A program made the translations under genes and the position numbers. Below are positions 32,301 through 40,101 of a stretch of DNA of 53,792 nucleotides, one piece after another. Within the stretch, counting starts at the first letter, position 1; each line of letters opens with the position of its first letter. Origin of the DNA: Euryarchaeota archaeon UBA124 (GTDB lineage Archaea > Thermoplasmatota > Poseidoniia > Poseidoniales > Poseidoniaceae). The notes under the pieces are model-generated. The model was not told the origin of the DNA and did no database searches. It worked only from the letters and a program-made list of their open reading frames with translations. The DNA lies in NCBI GenBank assembly GCA_002502215.1, contig DAPT01000102.1, forward strand, positions 1-53,792. The letters run 5' to 3'.

Positions 32301-34491
32301 CGGCGTCGACATCGAATGGTGCTGTAAAAGACAGCCATCGTTGCGAAGGCGTGAGTGGATTTGAAGCGTTTTCCATGGACACCGGGTAGTATACAGCGAC
32401 TTCGTCACTGAATTCCATATCTGTTGCTTCAACGATCAACTTACCGTTGGAAAGACCGGAGAATGGGAATTCAATGGATAGAGAGGGAACAGGCGTACGG
32501 TACGCTGAGTTCGCAGCCATGACAAGCGGCGATTGTTGGTTTGCGGAGATTGTTGCTAGCGTTGCGTATGGAGCTGCAAGATTGGAGAAGGTTGCGATTC
32601 CATTTCCATACACTTCCATTTCAACAAGAGCATAACCTTGACCCATGTTGTTTAACAATGCACCCTGGCTACTAAGCGTCGTTTTGAGGAGCGATTGTTC
32701 GGACGCATTGAGTTCGAGGCGATAAACGGTCACGTTGTCAAGCGTCTTTGTGAGGACAGTTGATCCTCCGATGCGCAAAGACATGCCCGTCATGTTCCCA
32801 TTTTCGCTTGTCATGGAGACTCCAAATTGCTCGAGATTTGTTGCCGGTATCCACGCTGAAGCCTCAGCAAGCCCGGAAAATCCAAACGATGCTTTGTGGG
32901 ATTTTTCACCGGTCGAGAAATGATCCTGAAAGCCCCATGAACCGATTCTGACATCAGGATCGCCCCATTCCAAGAGATCATCTCCATCGAGGTCCAACAT
33001 TGGCGAGTGCACTCGCTGACCTGTTGACATCGTCACCTGAACCTCATCGAGCAGGGCGGGTTGAGATGTATTGTGCATAAACATGAATTGGAAAGCATGC
33101 TCATTCGGAGAAAGAATACCGGAATATGGTAGAGAAATCGGAGTCCAAGGTTCGGATTCAGCGTGGCGAACAAAAGAATCAAAATCTTGCAATACCGCTG
33201 CAATTTGATAACCAGCAAGTGGGGAATTGCTGGTGTACCAAGGTGAGTGAACCGTTCCGTTCGCTATGGATGAAATTGCGCCAGCGAGGTACGTACTGTT
33301 GTTGAGCGACCATCCTCTCAATGTTGGATCCGTCGAAAAGCTGTCTTTGGCCAAACCACCACCAGAGATTGATTCGACCGAGGGCATTGAATTGCTGTCC
33401 AACCCCTCAAACATGAGACGAAGTCGTAGAGATCCGTAATGTTGCCAATCGACTGCATCGAGGTGAACGGTCGTACCTTCAATGGATTCGAACCCAGAGA
33501 TGTTGTCTCCTGTTTGTGCATCGATGAGGGTCCAATGCAGCGTTGAACCCAAGGGCAGATTTGCGTTGATGTGCATTGGCGCATACGGCCCTTCAGCCAA
33601 TGAGAAACTGTTGGAAGAATTGTAACCAAACGTTGGGCTTGTCCATGAAGTAACAGGCGGTAGGACGACTTTGACATCGTCGATAAACCAATAGTCACAG
33701 CATGTGCCAGTTCCAGTCGTTTGTTGAATTCGGAACTGTGAGGTGGAGTGCAGGGCTGCTGCTGGGAGCGTGGTTGCGTATTGGAAATTACTGGTTTGTG
33801 TTCCGCCACCTTGGAAGGTGTGGAACACAGTCCATTGCCCAGTTGCGGTTTTGTACAGGAACTGGAGATTCTCGCTGGGATCTGGGGTTTCTCCACACCC
33901 TAAACGTCCTTCGTGAACCCATGCGTGGAAGGGAATTGTGGAACGTCCGGCTAAATTTGTTGTCGGCGACGTAGCATACTCGGGTGTCGTGCTGGCTTGG
34001 GTCTTGATGGATCCTCCACTCGATCCGTTGTAACCGCAAGCATTGCTTGTGTATGGCCCAACATACGTCGATGAAGAGACAGTCCAACCTTGGAGTCCGT
34101 TGTTAAAATCATAGCCTGGAGCCGACCCGTCTCCGCTTAAAACACCAGATTGAGCGAATGTGTTGTTGTGCGTAGCATCCACATGGTTCCAAGAAGCATC
34201 CCCTTCCCATAGCAAGGTTTGAGAATTTGCCATGGTCGCTGATTGTACGGCCAAATCGAGTGAAGTAATTGATCCAGTCGATGATGGCACATCAAGCATA
34301 AACGAAGATTGGCTTCCTTGACCGGGCCGCACGTCGACTGTCACAGGGGTGCCCTCAGTGACAAAGTTGGGCTTTTGCATCTCATCCAAAAGTAAAGCAG
34401 GAGCAGGTGGGACCAACGTCATGTACGGCCCCATGACAAACAAAAGCAACACCAAGAAGGCAACACTCCGCCCCTTGTATGAGTCGGCCAT
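29380..34491 (-). CDS. Giant (1703 aa) secreted, C-terminally membrane-anchored surface protein
   Basis: N-terminal signal/anchor (SVAFLVLLLFVMGPYMTL), a long beta-rich ectodomain with an early MAM / choice-of-anchor-J-like module ending CCDYWFIDDVKV, a single TM near the C-terminus (VLGAIGALLGLSIILALLLMA), then an acidic (DEDEDDYVDEDDD) and Trp-rich tail. Confidence 0.85.
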   Translation of the reverse strand: MADSYKGRSVAFLVLLLFVMGPYMTLVPPAPALLLDEMQKPNFVTEGTPVTVDVRPGQGSQSSFMLDVPSSTGSITSLDLAVQSATMANSQTLLWEGDASWNHVDATHNNTFAQSGVLSGDGSAPGYDFNNGLQGWTVSSSTYVGPYTSNACGYNGSSGGSIKTQASTTPEYATSPTTNLAGRSTIPFHAWVHEGRLGCGETPDPSENLQFLYKTATGQWTVFHTFQGGGTQTSNFQYATTLPAAALHSTSQFRIQQTTGTGTCCDYWFIDDVKVVLPPVTSWTSPTFGYNSSNSFSLAEGPYAPMHINANLPLGSTLHWTLIDAQTGDNISGFESIEGTTVHLDAVDWQHYGSLRLRLMFEGLDSNSMPSVESISGGGLAKDSFSTDPTLRGWSLNNSTYLAGAISSIANGTVHSPWYTSNSPLAGYQIAAVLQDFDSFVRHAESEPWTPISLPYSGILSPNEHAFQFMFMHNTSQPALLDEVQVTMSTGQRVHSPMLDLDGDDLLEWGDPDVRIGSWGFQDHFSTGEKSHKASFGFSGLAEASAWIPATNLEQFGVSMTSENGNMTGMSLRIGGSTVLTKTLDNVTVYRLELNASEQSLLKTTLSSQGALLNNMGQGYALVEMEVYGNGIATFSNLAAPYATLATISANQQSPLVMAANSAYRTPVPSLSIEFPFSGLSNGKLIVEATDMEFSDEVAVYYPVSMENASNPLTPSQRWLSFTAPFDVDAARSISLVRLDVQGQNNHATWLQPTGGGAALGQGDSSLVELHPTESLSIATVSATVSDITVKFRVEQGWDDEDLLTAKMRVVLDNDVISRPGQYMWSGVGGGQAFENDLVIKSVEISDDNGLIDPSTEYLAAGGGLNFSIDVGYEGVEGIDAFADGDAEVQLWQGSTMVANTTSLDVDTWNISDVAPYSFGDLTWTVRVLPLNGGDIVEESEYTRTFKIDPTAPAVIATSVEWYDHRLASTSQTVQFQILDPVLLPSDVQVMLWREWLDDVDLNGWPSADEYKPRSLIIPTDMSLSTGLYTLLFDDSMGSQGQKVAGYLVGSDASGQALEDAGTGEDGEHLFMYQIGPDGPPTLSATAMSWNGGAKPWLHPSQAYTMRVDMTEPNGASDLTTVEIQLASNSLTSPLSFTWDFRTDSCVSNSIHLIIHDCNMLALDGTTAGPYEKETRLVTELELAWTTPDLGETFREPSVKIIDRAGQEVLQTFPALRWRFSPALMIPQESVSLVLTQGTVLEDGARLPPTSPFELTGGLMFETTETIPNFNCSVDVMFAGQTYTAETYDGIWNVELQSPPTSGTIPLTWSVGCLPPQGVDATEKESSVKWMIVDGLGPEPQEVQTPRPGSVLSAEEHQVTIVLSEEGGIDFESLRLAWWVEDTVTGEFIRGGDSLFLLQGTEISGLNLIGTGTMDLSVITDDMLIDRFTVYVLIEGRDLAGNLVLGGEGQSAGNAVTSWLMEWRQPKFELETPAMEYSRLNLQTGDSTAVQIFVKNVGTLDGTSAATISIVRADGTSEILRQTEVDVAEGGVGTILIDWAPEQEGLQWIEVVLDSGATGNGPSVDVRPQSDPSFTEAVFGDVNPVLGAIGALLGLSIILALLLMARNATVRRGAKSEYEWDEYSDYLDEDEDDYVDEDDDLALNEPINDSAPVETASVQPASTAQATTADGWTQGSDGIWWWQNQQDGSWWYKDANGEILQYK

Positions 34492-34587
34492 AGCCTTGCC
34501 TACTTTTCAAAGGACTTGAATGTGTCAGTGCTTTCTACTGCGATGATTGAAGGGAGAGATTGAAAACAAAGGCGCATTTCGCAGGTT

Positions 34588-37500
34588 ATGGTTCGACCAA
34601 GCCCTGCAGGCGACTTGGATGCTGTTGCCCTTGAAACAGCGCTGCTCGAAACGTGGAAGAACGAAGAAACATTCCAACAGTCCATTGGTTCAAACAGGGA
34701 CGGTGCTCCTTTCATTTTCCTTGAAGGCCCCCCCACCGCCAACGGGAAACCGGGGATTCATCACGTCGTTGCACGCGCCTACAAGGATCTCGTTTGCCGA
34801 TGGAAATCAATGGAAGGGTTTCTTGTTGAGCGCAAAGGTGGTTGGGATACACACGGGCTTCCTGTCGAAATCGAAGTGCAAAAACGAATGGACCTTATGA
34901 GCAATGAAGCGATTGAAAACTTTGGGATGCAAGCGTTTAATGACGCATGCAGAGAAAGTGTTTGGACCTATGAAAGTGCATGGCGTGAAATGACGGAGCG
35001 CATGGCATATTGGGTTGATTTGGACAACCCATATGTGACGCTTCACAACGACTACATTGAATCATGTTGGTGGGCACTCAAGCAGATGTTTGACAAGGAC
35101 CTGCTGTACAGAGGTCACAAAGTCTTGCCGTACTGCCCGCAAACCGGAACATCCTACTCCAGCCATGAAGTTGCCCTCGGATACAAAGAGGTTGAGGAAC
35201 CTTCAGTCTATGTTAAATTCAAGTTGACGGATGATTCAGCATCGATTCTTGCTTGGACGACCACACCTTGGACCCTTCCAGGCAACGTCGGACTTGCCGT
35301 TGGTCCGGATGTAACCTATGCACGCTGCCGTGTCCGCGAGGAACCGGACGGTTGGCATGGACGAGGTGGTGCATCGGTTGGCGAGGAGCTGATCCTGGCA
35401 AAGGATTTGATGGGGGAAGTCCTTCGTCATCACGTCGATGTTATCGAGGAAATTCAAGGTTCTGAACTCGTTGGAAAATCCTACGAACCACTCTTTCCAG
35501 ATGCCGTTCCCCGTGGCGAATCCACCACAGCATGGACGGTCCTATCGGCTGATTGGGTCACCACAACGGACGGAACCGGTGTTGTACACACAGCCGTAAT
35601 GTACGGTGAAGACGATTACAATCTTGGAATGGAAGTCGGTTTACCGGCCTATCATACCGTTACCATGGAAGGAAATTTTGTTGACGGAGTACACCCGCAA
35701 CTTGATGGCCATTACGTCAAGTCGTGCGACGATGCGGTCATGGAAATTCTCGTTGGTCGGAACGAAGCAATTGCGTCCGGCCTTCTCTATCGAGAGAAGA
35801 GTTACCTCCACGATTACCCACACTGTTGGCGAACCGATCATCCACTCCTCTACTATGCCATGGACTCATGGTTCGTTCGAATGACTGCCGTGAAAGAACG
35901 TCTTCTTGAATTCAACGATGGCGTGGAATGGGCACCGGATTGGGTCGGTGAAGGTCGATTTGGCGAATGGCTCCGCAACGTCAAGGATTGGGCAATCTCG
36001 AGGGAACGCTACTGGGGTACACCTCTACCGGTTTGGAGAGACGAGGACGGGAACATGAAGTGCATTGGTTCAATCGCAGAATTGCAAGAAGAGGTTGCAA
36101 AAGCGAACGCCGCAGGTTATGATAATCCAGAGTGTCCTGACGATGTCGATTTGCATCGTCCAGTTGTCGATGCGTTCACGCTTATTTCAGACGGTGGGAA
36201 GCCAATGCAAAGGGAACCTTTTGTCATGGATTGCTGGTTTGATTCGGGATGTGCTCCTTTCGCCCAGTGGCATCACCCGTTCGATGAAAACAAAACGTTT
36301 GACTCATCGTTCCCCGTTGATTACATCTGCGAAGGTGTCGATCAAACTCGTGGTTGGTTCTACACTCTACTAGCGGTCTCAACAACCGTCTTTGATTCGC
36401 CTGCCTACAAACGATGCCTATCGCTTGGTTTAATTCTGGATGCTGATGGTAAGAAGATGTCGAAGTCGAGAGGAAACATTGTCGACCCGTGGGACCACTT
36501 TAATCGAGAAGGTGCTGATGCAACACGGTGGTACATGGTGACTGCAGGAGCTCCCTGGAATCCTCTAAAATTCGACTCCAATGGCGTTCGTGAAACCTAT
36601 GCAAAAATGTTCCTTACACTGTGGAATGTCTACCGTTTCCATGCCGATTATGCTGCCTTGGATTCGTTTGATCCCTCCACTTCTCAGTCAAGCGTTGAAC
36701 AACGTCCACGTCTCGATCGCTGGATTCTTTCCAAACTTCATTCCACGGCGAAAGCATATCACGATGGGTTCGCAAACTGGAATTTCCACAAAGCGTGTCG
36801 AGAACTCGAGGATTTCATTGTCAACGATTTGTCGAATTGGTACGTTCGTCGAAGTCGCCGCCGACTGTGGGAAGAAGCTGATTCAGGTGACAAACTCGCA
36901 TGTCAACACACATTGCATGAAATCCTCGTGACGCTTTGCAGACTCATCGCACCTGTCAGCCCGTTTATGGTCGACACGATTCATCGCAACCTGACTGGAG
37001 AAACCGTTCATACGGCATCTTGGCCTCTTGGCACGCCCGGCTCAACGGAGGGAGCTACCGCTGATTCTTGGAACGAAGACCTTGTCGAAGCAACGGCTGA
37101 ACTACCCCCACAGGATCTTGATTTGGAACGGGAGATGGAACTGGTTCGCGAACTAGCGGAGACTGGGCGTCGAATTCGTATCGATGCCCAACGCCGACAA
37201 CGTCTACCATGTGCAGAAGGTTGGATTGTTGCTGGACCTGATTTGCAGCCTTACCACGACTTGTTGTGTGAGGAATTGAACGTGGAGGGCATATCCGTCG
37301 AAACCGACCTCGACCGTTTCCAGCAAGTCGAGTTGGCAGTAAATTTCAGAGCCCTTGCTCCTCGAGCAAAGGGTGATGTCAATGCAATTGCAAGTCAAAT
37401 CAAGAATCACCCTGACCAAGAATCGCTCCTTGCTGAAATCCAGAACGGTTCGTGCACCATCATGGGCGTGGATATCTTAGTGTCCGACATCGAGGTCCGA

Positions 37501-37863
37501 CGAGCGGAACGCGAAGGATATGCAGCCGCTACCATCACGATTGGTGAATCAGATGATGCATCGCACGTTAGCTTGGTGCTTGATATGCAGGACACACCTC
37601 ACCTCCTATCGAAGGGACTTGCACGAGACATTACACGTCGAATTCAATCCAAACGAAAGGACATGGACTTGGAAATTGAAGCCATGATCGATGTCGAGGT
37701 TTGGATGAAAGACGCCCCTGAATTGTTCGCAGAAGATCAGACTTGGATTGCAAAGGAGACTCGATCGTCTGGAATTGTATTCAATGTTGATGAGGCTCCA
37801 TCCGACACCGAAGCCTTCGACGTCGATGGCGCACAGATCGCGTATCGCGTTCACAAGGTGTGA
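34588..37863 (+). CDS. ileS: Isoleucyl-tRNA synthetase
   Basis: HIGH-type motif PPTANGKPGIHHV, KMSKS motif GKKMSKSRGN, editing-domain-sized insertion, 1091 aa. Confidence 0.97.
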   Translation: MVRPSPAGDLDAVALETALLETWKNEETFQQSIGSNRDGAPFIFLEGPPTANGKPGIHHVVARAYKDLVCRWKSMEGFLVERKGGWDTHGLPVEIEVQKRMDLMSNEAIENFGMQAFNDACRESVWTYESAWREMTERMAYWVDLDNPYVTLHNDYIESCWWALKQMFDKDLLYRGHKVLPYCPQTGTSYSSHEVALGYKEVEEPSVYVKFKLTDDSASILAWTTTPWTLPGNVGLAVGPDVTYARCRVREEPDGWHGRGGASVGEELILAKDLMGEVLRHHVDVIEEIQGSELVGKSYEPLFPDAVPRGESTTAWTVLSADWVTTTDGTGVVHTAVMYGEDDYNLGMEVGLPAYHTVTMEGNFVDGVHPQLDGHYVKSCDDAVMEILVGRNEAIASGLLYREKSYLHDYPHCWRTDHPLLYYAMDSWFVRMTAVKERLLEFNDGVEWAPDWVGEGRFGEWLRNVKDWAISRERYWGTPLPVWRDEDGNMKCIGSIAELQEEVAKANAAGYDNPECPDDVDLHRPVVDAFTLISDGGKPMQREPFVMDCWFDSGCAPFAQWHHPFDENKTFDSSFPVDYICEGVDQTRGWFYTLLAVSTTVFDSPAYKRCLSLGLILDADGKKMSKSRGNIVDPWDHFNREGADATRWYMVTAGAPWNPLKFDSNGVRETYAKMFLTLWNVYRFHADYAALDSFDPSTSQSSVEQRPRLDRWILSKLHSTAKAYHDGFANWNFHKACRELEDFIVNDLSNWYVRRSRRRLWEEADSGDKLACQHTLHEILVTLCRLIAPVSPFMVDTIHRNLTGETVHTASWPLGTPGSTEGATADSWNEDLVEATAELPPQDLDLEREMELVRELAETGRRIRIDAQRRQRLPCAEGWIVAGPDLQPYHDLLCEELNVEGISVETDLDRFQQVELAVNFRALAPRAKGDVNAIASQIKNHPDQESLLAEIQNGSCTIMGVDILVSDIEVRRAEREGYAAATITIGESDDASHVSLVLDMQDTPHLLSKGLARDITRRIQSKRKDMDLEIEAMIDVEVWMKDAPELFAEDQTWIAKETRSSGIVFNVDEAPSDTEAFDVDGAQIAYRVHKV

Positions 37864-37872
37864 GGCGAAAGC

Positions 37873-38640
37873 ATGCGAGTGATTTCGCTCGTGCCAAGCC
37901 TTACATTGACACTTGCAGAATTGGGTCTTGACGCATCGCAACTCGTGGGTCGAACACCATGGTGCATCCATCCTGCGGACTACATCAAGGATGTACGAGT
38001 CGTTGGTGGAACAAAGACACCTAATCTCAACAAAATTCGAGATGCAAAACCAGACTTGGTTTTACTGGATCGAGAAGAAAACCCAAAGGAAGTCTTCGAA
38101 GAATTAACCAGACTCGGTATCAATACCTACGTTAGCTACGTAGAGGGGCCCGGCGATGTCCCCAATATGTTGCTCGAACTTGGTCAACTGTTGGGGTTGG
38201 AGGCCAATGCTCGAGAACTTGCGAATGCTGTTCAAGAAGAAATCGCAATTTGTCAGCAAGGGGCTGGGCCGGTGGTGTTACCCATGATTTGGCATGAACC
38301 GCTCATGGCCGTTTCGCCACAGAAATATTCTGGAGCATTGCTTGAAGCATGTGGATTTCGAGTTCCAGATATCGAACCAAACGGAAACGGTTACCCTGTC
38401 GTTACCGTGGAGCATATCACCTTGAACGGGATTGAAGGACTCCTTCTTTCAAGTGAACCTCATGAGTTTTCAAAACAAGAAGGCGAAGCAATCTGTGATT
38501 CAGTCGAAGCAATCGGCGGTCGTCGACCTTGGACGCTGTGCATCGATGGAGAGGCATTAACTTGGTTCGGTAGCCACACACTTACAGGCCTTCGGACGTT
38601 TAATGCGCTATGCAAGGATTTGAAAACAGCCGCCGATTAG
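37873..38640 (+). CDS. TroA/BtuF-like periplasmic-binding-protein fold protein (cobalamin/metal-chelate binding) without signal peptide
   Basis: MRVISLVPSLTLTLAELGL...LVGRTPWCIHP...KPDLVLLD matches the N-terminal lobe of class III substrate-binding proteins. No hydrophobic leader. Confidence 0.65.
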   Translation: MRVISLVPSLTLTLAELGLDASQLVGRTPWCIHPADYIKDVRVVGGTKTPNLNKIRDAKPDLVLLDREENPKEVFEELTRLGINTYVSYVEGPGDVPNMLLELGQLLGLEANARELANAVQEEIAICQQGAGPVVLPMIWHEPLMAVSPQKYSGALLEACGFRVPDIEPNGNGYPVVTVEHITLNGIEGLLLSSEPHEFSKQEGEAICDSVEAIGGRRPWTLCIDGEALTWFGSHTLTGLRTFNALCKDLKTAAD

Positions 38641-38647
38641 TTATGCC

Positions 38648-40051
38648 ATGCGCAGAGGTGTTCTCGCCGTAATGCTCGTATGCAGCATGGTCCTTGCAGG
38701 ATGTTACGGTGACGGTGAATCGATTGTTGAGAATGAGGAATACCAATCAGCATGGGAGAGTTATGTCCTTATCGACGAGCAGGCTCACGAATCTCCGCGC
38801 GAATTTATGACCGTCGACCTTCGGTCCAATGAAACAACCAACATGACGTGGGCAGTGTTCGATGAGTCCAAAGGTGGTAATTGTTGTGAGCATTACATCG
38901 CAACCACCATTTCGGGTTCTATTCTCAACATTGGAGGCGAATATCCTGTCTGGTCAGTCGATCGAGGTCATGACTGGGATACGTGGATTCCCGGTGTTAC
39001 ACCGGACCTACAGTGCCGTACATTCATCCCAACCAACCCTGGGACTGAAGGTCTAGGCGAAGGTAGCATTGTTCAAGCAACCAATGGCGACATTATTTCG
39101 ATGTCGTGGTTCCCATACGTGGGAGGTGACCTCAAGTTGGACAAATTCTATGCTATCCTCTACGATGATTCTGAATTGGAATGGAAATGGTGTTACAACC
39201 GTATAACCGAGCCTTTCTACGATCGAAGTTGGCAAGTTGAAGTTGTTGGACCTATTACATCGAGCATCGGTGATGGCGAGTGGGCATCGTTGGTCGTTTC
39301 CAACTTCTGGCATCAAACTCAAAACGCTGGCGGGCAAATTTCGGTGGATGGACTGAATTATTATCCGATTCAATTTCCGAGCCGTTCATCCACACAACCA
39401 GACATTGAGGTTGACCTTGACTTCACGAACGCCTCGCTTGATTTTTACTGGGACGTGAACAAACCCCACAAGGAAATGCGAGCGTTCGCTGTCCCGAGTG
39501 GAGGACTTCTGTTCCCGCAATACTTCGATAACGGCAACGCTGCCTTCCTCGACACGACGCTTTCATGGAACGAGCTTCCCGTGCAATTCCCTAGCGAGTA
39601 CTGCCAGATTGATATGACCGGTACAATTCACTGCGTCGCAAACTCGGGAACGGCGTTTACGCACTACACATCAACCGATGGCGCCGTTAGTTGGAACAAT
39701 CACACATACGATCTTGGAAGTGCTGCCTCAAGCATTGAAGAGTGGGAATTCCAAGCCAACGGTGAGCATGATCTGTTTGTACTCAACGTCCGATACCAAT
39801 CGAGCGATGGACCGGATGTGGACGTTTTGTTTCACACCAGAGACTACAGCCAAGACCTCAGTCCAGACACACTCACCTACATTGGCCAGGGTGACCTTGA
39901 TTCAACATCAGGTGCGGGGAATGACATTCGATTCGATTTCGCCAGTTTAGCAATTCTTCGGGATGGCGGCGTCGTTGTAGCATACCATGATTCAACGCAT
40001 GTCGACCCGTTGTTTGCGGTTGAACTTCATCTCCCAGTTTACCAACAATAA
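38648..40051 (+). CDS. Lipoprotein with BNR/Asp-box repeats (sialidase-like beta-propeller?)
   Basis: Lipobox MVLAGC. Two Asp-box-like motifs, SVDRGHDW and STDGAVSW (SxDxGxxW). Confidence 0.6.
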   Translation: MRRGVLAVMLVCSMVLAGCYGDGESIVENEEYQSAWESYVLIDEQAHESPREFMTVDLRSNETTNMTWAVFDESKGGNCCEHYIATTISGSILNIGGEYPVWSVDRGHDWDTWIPGVTPDLQCRTFIPTNPGTEGLGEGSIVQATNGDIISMSWFPYVGGDLKLDKFYAILYDDSELEWKWCYNRITEPFYDRSWQVEVVGPITSSIGDGEWASLVVSNFWHQTQNAGGQISVDGLNYYPIQFPSRSSTQPDIEVDLDFTNASLDFYWDVNKPHKEMRAFAVPSGGLLFPQYFDNGNAAFLDTTLSWNELPVQFPSEYCQIDMTGTIHCVANSGTAFTHYTSTDGAVSWNNHTYDLGSAASSIEEWEFQANGEHDLFVLNVRYQSSDGPDVDVLFHTRDYSQDLSPDTLTYIGQGDLDSTSGAGNDIRFDFASLAILRDGGVVVAYHDSTHVDPLFAVELHLPVYQQ

Positions 40052-40101
40052 GGTCGAATTGGGGGTTATCCTCAAAAGCCCTTGACAAACCATGCAAGCC
40101 G

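Noticed and set aside
33318-33896. 192-aa alternative-frame ORF within the 1703-aa gene
   Set aside because: Nested in an uninterrupted 5.1-kb ORF. It has no independent start signals.
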